Shown piece by piece: positions 42,001-54,149 of a DNA stretch of 64,000 nt (its first letter is position 1; each line of letters starts with the position of its first letter). Both the position numbers and the translations under genes were made by a program. The notes under the pieces are model-generated. The model searched no databases and had not been told where the DNA came from. It was given only the letters and a program-made list of their open reading frames with translations. Source of the DNA: Eledone cirrhosa (lineage: Eukaryota); the NCBI GenBank assembly GCA_964016885.1, contig OZ024741.1, positions 102,424,001-102,488,000 of the forward strand. Direction: 5' to 3'.

Positions 42001-45000
42001 AGAAGACATTACTGACTGAGATGGCTGGTCACAGAAGGCCAGTGTATAGTGAGGTAGGAGTTATGACAGAAGACATTACTGACTGAGATGGCTGGTCACA
42101 GAAGGCCAGTGTATAGTGAGGTGGGAGTTATGACAGAAGACATTACTGACTGAGATGGCTGGTCAAAGAAGGCCAGTGTATAGTGAGGTGGGAGTTATGA
42201 CAGAAGACATTACTGACTGAGATGGCTGGTCACAGAAGGCCAGTGTATAGTGAGGTGGGAGTTATGACAGAAGACATTACTGACTGAGATGGCTGGTCAC
42301 AGAAGGCCAGTGTATACTGAAGTGGTAGTTATGACAGAAGACATTACTGACTGAGATGGCTGGTCACAGAAGGCCAGTGTATAGTGAGGTGGGAGTTATG
42401 ACAGAAGACATTACTGACTGAGATGGCTGGTCACAGAAGGCCAGTGTATAGTGATGTGGGAGTTATGACAGAAAACATTACTGACTGAGATGGCTGGTCA
42501 CAGAAGGCCAGTGTATAGTGAGGTGGGAGTTATGACAGAAGACATTACTGACTGAGATGGCTGGTCACAGAAGGCCAGTGTATAGTGAGGTGGGAGTTAT
42601 GACAGAAAACATTACTGACTGAGATGGCTGGTCACAGAAGGCCAGTGTATAGTGAGGTGGGAGTTATGACAGAAGACATTACTGACTGAGATGGCTGGTC
42701 ACAGAAGGCCAGTGTATACTGAAGTGGTAGTTATGACAGAAGACATTACTGACTGAGATGGCTGGTCACAGAAGTCCAATGTATAGTGAGGTGGGAGTTA
42801 TGACAGAAGACATTACTGACTGAGATGGCAGGTCACAGAAGGCCAGTGTATAGTGAGGTGGGAGTTATGACAGAAGACATTACTGACTGAGATGGCTGGT
42901 CACAGGAGACCAGTGTATAGTGAGGTGGGAGTTATGACAGAAGACATTACTGACTGAGATGGCCGGTCACAGAAGGCCAGTGTATAGTGAGGTGGGAGTT
43001 ATGTCAGAAGACATTACTGACTGAGATGGCTGGTCACAGGAGACAAGTGTATAGTGAGGTGGGAGTTATGACAGAAGACATTACTGACTGAGATGGCTGA
43101 TCACAGGAGACAGTGTATAGTGAGGTGGGAGTTATGACAGAAGACATTACTGACTGAGATGGCTGGTCACAGGAGACCAGTGTATAGTGAGGTGGGAGTT
43201 ATGACAGAAGACATTACTGACTGAGATGGCTGGTCACAGGAGACCAGTGTATAGTGAGGTGGGAGTTATGACAGAAGACATTACTTTCTGAGATGGCTGG
43301 TCACAGAAGGCTAGTGTATAGTGAGGTGGGAGTTATGACAGAAGACATTACTGACTGCGACGGCTGATCACAGAAGACCAGTGTATAGTGAGGTGGGAGT
43401 TATGACAGAAGACATTACTGACTGAGATGGCTGGTCACAGAAGGCCAGTGTATAGTGAGGTGGGTGTTCTGACAGAAGACATTACTGACTGCGACGGCTG
43501 ATCACAGAAGACCAGTGTATAGTGAGGTGGGAGTTATGACAGAAGACATTACTGACTGAGATGGCTGGTACCAGAAGGCCAGTGTATAGTGAGGTGGGAG
43601 TTATGACAGAAGACATTACTGACTGAGATGGCTGGTCACAGAAGGCCAGTGTATAGTGAGGTGGGAGTTATGACAGAAGACATTACTGACTGAGATGGCT
43701 GGTCACAGAAGGCCAGTGTATAGTGAGGTGGGAGTTATGACAGAAGACATTACTGACTGAGATGGCTGGTCACAGAAGGCCAGTGTATAGTGAGGTGGGA
43801 GTTATGACAGAAGACATTACTGACTGAGATGGCTGGTCACAGGAGACCAGTGTATAGTGAGGTGGGAGTTATGACAGAAGACATTACTGACTGAGATGGC
43901 TGGTCACAGAAGGCCAGTGTATAGTGAGGTGGGAGTTATGACAGAAGACATTACTGACTGAGATGGCTGATCACAGAAGGCCAGTGTATAGTGAGGTGGG
44001 AGTTATGACAGAAGACATTACTGACTGAGATGGCTGGTCACAGGAAACCAGAGTATAGTGAGGTGGGAGTTATGACAGAAGACATTACTGACTGAGATGG
44101 CTGGTCACAGAAGGCCAGTGTATAGTGAGGTGGGAGTTATGACAGAAGACATTACTGACTGAGATGGCTGGTCACAGAAGGCCAGTGTATAGTGAGGTGG
44201 GAGTTATGACAGAAGACATTTTTGACTGAGATGGCTGGTCACAGAAGGCCAGTGTATAGTGAGGTGGGAGTTATGACAGAAGACATTACTGACTGAGATG
44301 GCTGGTCACAAGAGACCAGTGTATAGTGAGGTGGGAGTTATGACAGAAGACATTACTGACTGAGATGGCTGGTCACAGAAGGCCAGTGTATAGTGAGGTG
44401 GGAGTTATGACAGAAGACATTACTGACTGAGATGGCTGATCACAGAAGGCCAGTGTTTAGTGAGGTGGGAGTTATGACAGAAGACATTACTGACTGAGAT
44501 GGCTGATCACAGAAGGCCAGTGTATAGTGAGGTGGGAGTTATGACAGAAGACATTACTGACTGAGATGGCTGGTCACAGAAGGCCAGTGTATAGTGAGGT
44601 GGGAGTTATGACAGAAGACATTACTGACTGAGATGGCTGGTCACAGAAGGCCAGTGTATAGTGAGGTGGGAGTTATGACAGAAAACATTACTGACTGAGA
44701 TGGCTGGTCACAGAAGGCCAGTGTATAGTGAGGTGGGAGTTATGACAGAAGACATTACTGACTTAGATGGCTGGTCACAGAAGGCCAGTGTATAGTGAGG
44801 TAGGAGTTATGACAGAAGACATTACTGACTGAGATGGCTGGTCACAGAAGGCCAGTGTATAGTGAAATGGGAGTTATGACAGAAGACATTACTGACTGAG
44901 ATGGCTGGTCACAGAAGGCCAGTGTATAGTGAGGTGGGAGTTATGACAGAAGACATTACTGACTGAGATGGCTGGTCACAGAAGGCCAGTGTATAGTGAG

Positions 45001-48000
45001 GTGGGAGTTATGACAGAAAACATTACTGACTGAGATGGCTGGTCACAGAAGGCCAGTGTATAGTGAGGTGGGAGTTATGACAGAAGACATTACTGACTTA
45101 GATGGCTGGTCACAGAAGGCCAGTGTATAGTGAGGTAGGAGTTATGACAAAAGACATTACTGACTGAGATGGCTGGTCACAGAAGGCCAGTGTATAGTGA
45201 AATGGGAGTTATGACAGAAGACATTACTGACTGAGATGGCTGGTCACAGAAGGCCAGTGTATAGTGAGGTGGGAGTTATGACAGAAGACATTACTGACTG
45301 AGATGGCTGGTCACAGAAGGCCAGTGTATAGTGAGGTGGGAGTTATGACAGAAGACATTACTGACTGAGATGGCTGGTCACAGAAGGCCAGTGTATAGTG
45401 AGGTAGGAGTTATGACAGAAGACATTACTGACTGAGATGGCTGGTCACAGAAGGCCAGTGTATAGTGAAATGGGAGTTATGACAGAAGACATTACTGACT
45501 GAGATGGCTGGTCACAGAAGGCCAGTGTATAGTGAGGTGGGAGTTATGACAGAAGACATTACTGACTGAGATGGCTGGTCACAGAAGGCCAGTGTATAGT
45601 GAGGTGGGAGTTATGACAGAAGACATTACTGACTGAGATGGCTGGTCACAGAAGGCCAGTGTATACTGAAGTGGTAGTTATGACAGAAGACATTACTGAC
45701 TGAGATGGCTGGTCACAGAAGGCCAGTGTATAGTGAGGTGGGAGTTATGACAGAAGACATTACTGACTGAGATGGCTGGTCACAGAAGGCCAGTGTATAG
45801 TGAGGTGGAGTTATGACAGAAAACATTACTGACTGAGAGGGCTGGTCACAGAAGGCCAGTGTATAGTGAGGTGGGAGTTATGACAGAAGACATTACTGAC
45901 TGAGATGGCTGGTCACAGAAGGCCAGTGTATAGTGAGGTGGGAGTTATGACAGAAAACATTACTGACTGAGATGGCTGGTCACAGAAGGCCAGTGTATAG
46001 TGAGGTGGGAGTTATGACAGAAGACATTACTGACTGAGATGGCTGGTCACAGAAGGCCAGTGTATAGTGAGTTGGGAGTTATGACAGAAAACATTACTGA
46101 CTGAGATGGCTGGTCACAGAAGGCCAGTGTATAGTGAGGTGGGAGTTGTGACAGAAGACATTACTGACTGAGATGGCTGGTCACAGAAGGCCAGTGTATA
46201 GTGAGGTGGGAGTTATGACAGAAGACATTACTGACTGAGATGGCTGGTCACAGAAGGCCAGTGTATAGTGAGGTGGGAGTTATGACAGAAGACATTACTG
46301 ACTGAGATGGCAGGTCACAGAAGGCCAGTGTATAGTGAGGTGGGAGTTATGACAGAAGACATTACTGACTGAGATGGCTGGTCACAGGAGACCAGTGTAT
46401 AGTGAGGTGGGAGTTATGACAGAAGACATTACTGACTGAGATGGCCGGTCACAGAAGGCCAGTGTATAGTGAGGTGGGAGTTATGTCAGAAGACATTACT
46501 GACTGAGATGGCTGGTCACAGGAGACAAGTGTATAGTGAGGTGGGAGTTATGACAGAAGACATTACTGACTGAAATGGCTGATCACAGGAGACAGTGTAT
46601 AGTGAGGTGGGAGTTATGACAGAAGACATTACTGACTGAGATGGCTGGTCACAGGAGACCAGTGTATAGTGAGGTGGGAGTTATGACAGAAGACATTACT
46701 GACTGAGATGGCTGGTCACAGAAGGCTAGTGTATAGTGAGGTGGGAGTTATGACAGATGACATTACTGACTGAGATGGCTGGTCACAGAAGGCCAGTGTA
46801 TAGTGAGGTGGGAGTTATGACAGAAGACATTACTTTCTGAGATGGCTGGTCACAGAAGGCTAGTGTATAGTGAGGTGGGAGATATGACAGAAGACATTAC
46901 TTTCTGAGATGGCTGGTCACAGAAGGCTAGTGTATAGTGAGGTGGGAGTTATGACAGAAGACATTACTGACTGCGACGGCTGATCACAGAAGACCAGTGT
47001 ATAGTGAGGTGGGAGTTATGACAGAAGACATTACTGACTGAGATGGCTGGTCACAGAAGGCCAGTGTATAGTGAGGTGGGTGTTCTGACAGAAGACATTA
47101 CTGACTGCGACGGCTGATCACAGAAGACCAGTGTATAGTGAGGTGGGAGTTATGACAGAAGACATTACTGACTGAGATGGCTGGTCACAGAAGGCCAGTG
47201 TATAGTGAGCTGGGAGTTATGACAGAAGACATTACTGACTGAGATGGCTGGTCACAGAAGGCCAGTGTATAGTGAGGTGGGAGTTATGACAGAAGACATT
47301 ACTGACTGAGATGGCTGGTCACAGAAGGCCAGTGTATAGTGAGGTGGGAGTTATGACAGAAGACATTACTGACTGAGATGGCAGGTCACAGAAGGCCAGT
47401 GTATAGTGAGGTGGGAGTTATGACAGAAGACATTACTGACTGAGATGGCTGGTCACAGGAGACCAGTGTATAGTGAGGTGGGAGTTATGACAGAAGACAT
47501 TACTGACTGAGATGGCCGGTCACAGAAGGCCAGTGTATAGTGAGGTGGGAGTTATGTCAGAAGACATTACTGACTGAGATGGCTGGTCACAGGAGACAAG
47601 TGTATAGTGAGGTGGGAGTTATGACAGAAGACATTACTGACTGAAATGGCTGATCACAGGAGACAGTGTATAGTGAGGTGGGAGTTATGACAGAAGACAT
47701 TACTGACTGAGATGGCTGGTCACAGGAGACCAATGTATAGTGAGGTGGGAGTTATGACAGAAGACATTACTGACTGAGATGGCTGGTCACAGAAGGCTAG
47801 TGTATAGTGAGGTGGGAGTTATGACAGAAGACATTACTGACTGAGATGGCTGGTCACAGAAGGCCAGTGTATAGTGAGGTGGGAGTTATGACAGAAGACA
47901 TTACTTTCTGAGATGGCTGGTCACAGAAGGCTAGTGTATAGTGAGGTGGGAGATATGACAGAAGACATTACTTTCTGAGATGGCTGGTCACAGAAGGCTA

Positions 48001-50427
48001 GTGTATAGTGAGGTGGGAGTTATGACAGAAGACATTACTGACTGCGACGGCTGATCACAGAAGACCAGTGTATAGTGAGGTGGGAGTTATGACAGAAGAC
48101 ATTACTGACTGAGATGGCTGGTCACAGAAGGCCAGTGTATAGTGAGGTGGGTGTTCTGACAGAAGACATTACTGACTGCGACGGCTGATCACAGAAGACC
48201 AGTGTATAGTGAGGTGGGAGTTATGACAGAAGACATTACTGACTGAGATGGCTGGTCACAGAAGGCCAGTGTATAGTGAGCTGGGAGTTATGACAGAAGA
48301 CATTACTGACTGAGATGGCTGGTCACAGAAGGCCAGTGTATAGTGAGGTGGGAGTTATGACAGAAGACATTACTGACTGAGATGGCTGGTCACAGAAGGC
48401 CAGTGTATAGTGAGGTGGGAGTTATGACAGAAGACATTACTGACTGAGATGGCTGGTCACAGAAGGCCAGTGTATAGTGAGGTGGGAGTTATGACAGAAG
48501 ACATTACTGACTGAGATGGCTGGTCACAGGAGACCAGTGTATAGTGAGGTGGGAGTTATGACAGAAGACATTACTGACTGAGATGGCTGGTCACAGAAGG
48601 CCAGTGTATAGTGAGGTGGGAGTTATGACAGAAGACATTACTGACTGAGATGGCTGATCACAGAAGGCCAGTGTATAGTGAGGTGGGAGTTATGACAGAA
48701 GACATTACTGACTGAGATGGCTGGTCACAGGAAACCAGTGTATAGTGAGGTGGGAGTTATGACAGAAGACATTACTGACTGAGATGGCTGGTCACAGAAG
48801 GCCAGTGTATAGTGAGGTGGGAGTTATGACAGAAGACATTACTGACTGAGATGGCTGGTCACAGAAAGCCAGTGTATAGTGAGGTGGGAGTTATGACAGA
48901 AGACATTACTGACTGAGATGGCTGGTCACAGAAGGCCAGTGTATAGTGAGGTGGGAGTTATGACAGAAGACATTACTGACTGAGATGGCTGGTCACAAGA
49001 GACCAGTGTATAGTGAGGTGGGAGTTATGACAGAAGACATTACTGACTGAGATGGCTGGTCACAGAAGGCCAGTGTATAGTGAGGTGGGAGTTATGACAG
49101 AAGACATTACTGACTGAGATGGCTGATCACAGAAGGCCAGTGTATAGTGAGGTGGGAGTTATGACAGAAGACATTACTGACTGAGATGGCTGATCACAGA
49201 AGGCCAGTGTATAGTGAGGTGGGAGTTATGACAGAAGACATTACTGACTGAGATGGCTGGTCTCAGAAGGCCAGTGTATAGTGAGGTGGGAGTTATGACA
49301 GAAGACATTACTGACTGAGATGGCTGGTCACAGAAGGCCAGTGTATAGTGAGGTGGGAGTTATGACAGAAGACATTACTGACTGAGATGGCTGGTCACAG
49401 GAGACCAGTGTATAGTGAGGTGGGAGTTATGACAGAAGACATTACTGACTGAGATGGCTGGTCACAGAAGGCCAGTGTATAGTGAGGTGGGAGTTATGAC
49501 AGAAGACATTACTGACTGAGATGGCTGGTCACAGAAGGCCAGTGTATAGTGAGGTGGGAGTTATGACAGAAGACATTACTGACTTAGATGGCTGGTCACA
49601 GAAGGCCAGTGTATAGTGAGGTGGGAGTTATGACAGAAGACATTACTGACTGAGATGGCTGGTCACAGGAGACCAGTGTATAGTGAGGTGGGAGTTATGA
49701 CAGAAGACATTACTGACTGAGATGGCAGGTCACAGAAGGCCAGTGTATAGTGAGGTGGGAGTTATGACAGAAGACATTACTGACTGAGATGGCAGGTCAC
49801 AGGAGACCAGTGTATAGTGAGGTGGGAGTTATGACAGAAGACATTACTGACTGAGATGGCTGGTCACAGAAGGCCAGTGTATAGTGAGGTGGGAGTTATG
49901 ACAGAAGACATTACTGACTCAGATGGCTGGTCACAGAAGGCCAGTGTATAGTAAGGTGGGAGTTATGACAGAAGACATTACTGACTGCGATGGCTGGTCA
50001 CAGAAGGCCAGTGTATAGTGAGGTGGGAGTTATGACAGAAGACATTACTGACTGAGATGGCTGGTCACAGAAGGCCAGTGTATAGTGAGGTGGGAGTTAT
50101 GACAGAAGACATTACTGACTGCGATGGCTGGTCACAGAAGGCCAGTGTATAGTGAGGTGGGAGTTATGACAGAAGACATTACTGACTGAGATGGCTGGTC
50201 ACAGAAGGCCAGTGTATAGTAAGGTGGGAGTTATGACAGAAGACATTACTGACTGCGACGGCTGGTCAGAGAAGGCCAGTGTATAGTAAGGTGGGAGTGA
50301 TGACAGAAGACATTACTGACTGAGATGGCTGGTCACAGAAGGCCAGTGTATAGTGAGGTGGGAGTTATGACAGAAGACATTACTGACTGCGACGGCTGGT
50401 CAGAGAAGGCCAGTGACAGAAGACATT
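1..50427. repeat. 67-bp tandem satellite array, about 750 head-to-tail copies; consensus CAGAAGGCCAGTGTATAGTGAGGTGGGAGTTATGACAGAAGACATTACTGACTGAGATGGCTGGTCA
   Basis: CAGAAGG recurs at 4, 71, 138 and so on (period 67). Most units differ from consensus by 0-4 substitutions or 1-3 bp indels. No insertion or inversion seen by eye. The array ends at ...GACAGAAGACATT (50427) and continues off the left edge. Confidence 0.98.
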
Positions 50428-51107
50428 CGAACTTTTGTTTGTATCTCATCATCTGGGGATTTTATATCTTTATTGCCAAGTGTCTCAACGCTCAAAATAT
50501 GCAGCCTTTTAATTCTTAACAAGGTTTTGTAGTGTTTCTCTAACTATGCATTTCAACATATCAGTGCGCTGCGAGATGTAATTAGGTACTCCGCGAAAGA
50601 GCCAGAGACTTTTTAATAATATAAAAAATACAAATTTGAAATTCGTAAGAAAGTTCATATATAACTGTCAAAGTGGGGAAAAATCTAAGTAAAGAATGAA
50701 AACATAGCTAAAAAATCCACCAAGAGCATGTTTCCCATTGATAATTTTGCAGTATCTATTGGTTTAATTAGCTTCATTTTTACTTTATGCTGTGCTAATA
50801 TGTATATCTATTTTGAAAACATCTTCCAATTTAGGTTCAAAATACACCAACAAACTTTTACTTTTTCTGAAATACGTCATTTTGGAACCACTGCGGGAAG
50901 AAAAATAATATTTTACGTTTAGACTTACTGCTGAAGGAGTATATACCGACGAAGTCTAAAGGTTGAAAGAGTGGGCTTCTAGTTCATTTCAATTCTCTTC
51001 ATGGTGAAACTGTATAGCAATGGCTGCCGGTCTGATTTATTCTCAGGCATGTAACATGTTAGGAAAATAGAATGAATAGTAGAATACAGATATCAAATGT
51101 ATATGTA

Positions 51108-51385
51108 GAAGTGCTTGGCCTAGTGGCAAGAGTGCTGCACTTTCGAACATGTCTTGGGTTCAATTCTTGGACTGGTTTGTGTGCAGTGTTCTTGAGCAAA
51201 ACGCTTCATTCCACGTTATTCCAGTATATTCGGCTGAAAATGAGTATTAGCAATTATTGGAAGTTTAACCCAACGATGGACATGCCTCCGGTGTAGTGGG
51301 CAGTTTTGTACTGTCAGTCTCCTGACGCTACGGAAACTGGGTTAAGCACTAGCTAATGAGCCTCTGAGCCCGAGATAAAATTTAG
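51108..51385 (+). mobile_element. Decayed tRNA-derived SINE, MetaSINE-like
   Basis: A-box TGGCCTAGTGG and B-box GGTTCAATTC, then GTGTTCTTGAGCAAAAC and AACCCAACGATGGAC...CGCTACGGAAACTGGGTTAAGC, which resemble the Meta domain as recalled. A paralogous copy lies at about 55330-55595. Confidence 0.7.
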
Positions 51386-51708
51386 ATTTTTAGAATTGTG
51401 TATCTATGCAGACCTTAATGGGAGCACTCACTAAGAATTATGGTTGGATAACTGCGGAAAATAAAGCATTTTAATTTTACGTTTAGTACTACATTTATTT
51501 GAATGATATTAAACCATTATCCACTTTGTCAATTCCAAAGAGATCTATTGGACAACAAACACCTATTGATATTTACCTTTAATTTAGATAATTATCAGTG
51601 TATTAATTCATTTCTCAATTAAGATAATCACGCACACATGTATGTATATATACTTGCCATTATACTTGATATGAATGTAGCTTCTAATTTGACAGTAAGC
51701 AGGTGGGT

Positions 51709-51779
51709 AATGTGTTAGTGCAACGGTAGCAGAGTGGTCTGGATAATCAAATATGTAGGTTCGACTCCCATGTACGTCA
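51709..51779 (+). pseudogene. Degenerate tRNA-like sequence (SINE head or tRNA pseudogene)
   Basis: A-box-like TAGTGCAACGGTAGCA (51716), T-arm GTAGG-TTCGACT-CCCAT with B-box GGTTCGACTCC (51758-51768), weak acceptor pairing, no clean anticodon arm. Confidence 0.4.
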
Positions 51780-51908
51780 ATACTCAACTTCTTTTCATAT
51801 CTTAGAGGGGTTCTAAACCCCACTATCAGGCTAAAATGTTTTTAGTAAAAAAATACAGTGGAATATCTAGTTCTAATTTCAAACTTACTCGCAGTTTCAT
51901 AACAAAAT

Positions 51909-51932
51909 TATATATATATATATTATTATTAC

Positions 51933-51982
<50 letters not shown>
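51909..51982. repeat. Compound (TA)n/(CA)n microsatellite
   Basis: Read directly from the sequence. Confidence 0.95.
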
Positions 51983-51983
<1 letters not shown>

Positions 51984-52477
51984 TGACTGTTGTTTCATGT
52001 AGACAAACATTTGTCTCATTCTGACGTCACCAGCCCTGTTTTTCCACATGTGCGTTTATTTTAATAATCACGCATGATGTTAAAATAGCATGCTTTTAAA
52101 TTCCATTTTTGGCATATTACCAGTGAGACCTTGGTTACCACGTTGAGCTCTGCTGATGATCGAAATCCAACCGTGACTATCCCCACTGAAAGTTTTCGTG
52201 AAATAGTCTTTTCAAGACTATACAGAGCATTTGAAGTTGTCCCAAATTGAAGGTTGAGTACTTTAGACTTTGTTTTATCATGAGTTAAGGCTCTATTGAT
52301 TTTTCCCTGGATTTCTCTAAATTCTGTTGGATAAATCTATATCCTGATTCCTTTTGAATTGAGTCTGAATTATTTTTCCCATATCTTATGTTAACTATTT
52401 TCCCATTTTGACGCTATAGTCACATATATGTTATGGAATACTGTTAGCTTCTCGCTACAACAATTTCTATACTTTTC

Positions 52478-52480
<3 letters not shown>

Positions 52481-52530
<50 letters not shown>
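52481..52530. repeat. (TA)n microsatellite
   Basis: Read directly from the sequence. Confidence 0.97.
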
Positions 52531-52531
<1 letters not shown>

Positions 52532-52646
52532 TGATATTTGTTATTTTCTAACGAGTTTTAGATTATGTTTACGCCTGGATTAATCATGTTAACATAAAAT
52601 CTGTTCCACACTTCTCTACGCGGTTTATGCCCCAAAACATATATTT

Positions 52647-52664
52647 CACACACACGCGCGCACG

Positions 52665-52745
<81 letters not shown>

Positions 52746-52802
52746 GCACACACACGCCCCTCCCCCCACACATATATATATACACACACACGCACGCACA
52801 CA
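52647..52802. repeat. Compound (CA)n microsatellite
   Basis: Read directly; source of the HTHT/CVCV pseudo-ORFs. Confidence 0.97.
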
Positions 52803-52804
52803 TA

Positions 52805-52993
52805 GGTGGCTGTGTAGTTGCTAGATAAAGTATACTTAAAAATAAGAAAAAAGCATGAACGGGAGAAGTTTTGCTCATCAGTTGTCTGCAAGATATCTTA
52901 CTTATCTTTTGAGTAGGAATATCCGAGACCCCCAGCAGACAACTGACGTGGAAAACTTCTCCCGTTCATGCTTTCTTCTTATTTTTAAGTATA
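52805..52993. mobile_element. Inverted-repeat element IR1 (about 59-bp arms, 45-bp spacer), probable truncated PLE or MITE-like remnant
   Basis: Left arm 52831-52889 (TATACTTAAAAATAAGAAAAAAGCATGAACGGGAGAAGTTTT...TCAGTTGTCTGC) is the near-exact reverse complement of 52935-52993. The right arm runs into (TA)n. The left arm has a 26-bp unpaired extension before (CA)n. Confidence 0.7.
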
Positions 52994-53009
52994 TATATAT
53001 ATATATATT

Positions 53010-53181
53010 CTAGGGCGGGTAAAATTCCCGAGATCCATGGACGACTTCTCTCCAGCGGTCTCTGTCCCGCATCATTATCATTGCCATGACCTGCGCCTCC
53101 AACAGACCAGTGTCTGTCCTTAGGGCATCAACATACGTTAACCTTGGTCTTCCTCTTCCAGTGCGTCCATGTAGGGACTCC

Positions 53182-53185
<4 letters not shown>
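53010..53185 (-). mobile_element. 3' end fragment of an RTE-like non-LTR retrotransposon ORF
   Basis: Translates WESLHGRTGRGRPRLTYVDALRTDTGL...MRDRDRWREVV, matching the W-x3-G-x-R-x-RGRP...DTG...M-x-DR-x2-WR C-terminus of RTE-type ORFs as recalled. Bounded by (TA)n on both sides. Confidence 0.75.

Positions 53186-53242
<57 letters not shown>
53184..53242. repeat. (TA)n microsatellite
   Basis: Read directly from the sequence. Confidence 0.97.
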
Positions 53243-53244
<2 letters not shown>

Positions 53245-53503
53245 GGTGTTAAAGTTTGCTTGAAGCATTGTGAAATATCTAAAATATGTAGTTTAGAAAG
53301 CCACAACAATGCAGATGGGAAATCTCGAGGTAAGAAGTGAGTGAGAAATAGGAGAAAAGTGAAAATTGAGAGAAACGAAAAAGGAAAACAAAACAAAGGT
53401 AGAAGGGTTACCGTAGTGGAGATTTAATCCCAATATTTCTCCTATTTCTCACTTCTTACCTCAAGATTTCCCATCTGCATTGTTGTGGCTTTCTAAACTA
53501 CAT

Positions 53504-53508
<5 letters not shown>
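53243..53508. mobile_element. Inverted-repeat element IR2 (about 75-bp arms, 78-bp spacer), probable truncated PLE remnant
   Basis: 53281-53357 (AAAATATGTAGTTTAGAAAGCCACAACAATGCAGATGGGAAATCTCGAGG...GGAGAAA) versus its reverse complement at 53436-53508, with one substitution and one 4-bp indel. The right arm abuts (TA)n. The left arm has a 38-bp extension to (TA)n. Confidence 0.7.
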
Positions 53509-53509
<1 letters not shown>

Positions 53510-53556
<47 letters not shown>

Positions 53557-53570
53557 ATATATATATATAT
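53510..53570. repeat. (TA)n microsatellite
   Basis: Read directly from the sequence. Confidence 0.95.
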
Positions 53571-53838
53571 AAATAAGCTCATATATAGTTATATATATCA
53601 TTGCGTATGTGTGCGTGCATATATCTATATGTGATCTTTCCACCTTATACCCCTTGGAACTTCATTACATCGCAACATCATTCCCCCTCACACACATACA
53701 TACTGAAATAGGCAATTTATAGCCAAATACTTATAATATATTTATATTTGATAACTATACCTCATCCACCTCAACAAAAACACAAATATACATGTATTTA
53801 AATAAATATACAAATGAAAAAATCATAATTACTTTATA

Positions 53839-54080
<242 letters not shown>

Positions 54081-54149
54081 AAAAAGGGATGAAATCGAAA
54101 ATGCAACTGAAGTCTTATTTTTTTAAAAAATATATATATTTATTTGGTT

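Noticed and set aside
1-50427. CRISPR array or long repetitive protein gene
   Set aside because: No unique spacers and no cas genes. The unit length of 67 is not a multiple of 3 and stops recur on both strands, so no long ORF exists.
1-50427. Hammerhead ribozyme inside the satellite monomer, as in newt or schistosome satellites
   Set aside because: CTGACTGA is not CUGANGA, the consensus has no GAAA after a stem II, and the minus strand has no core motif.
50325-50519. 64-aa ORF MAGHRRPVYSEV...
   Set aside because: It is the last satellite unit with a TGA>TGC variant reading through into the flank.
51709-51779. Functional tRNA gene
   Set aside because: The anticodon arm and acceptor stem are poorly paired, so it is kept only as a degenerate tRNA-like element.
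52153-52168. CTGATGATCGAAA hammerhead-like words
   Set aside because: No room for stem II and no stem I/III pairing; it lies in a probable old repeat.
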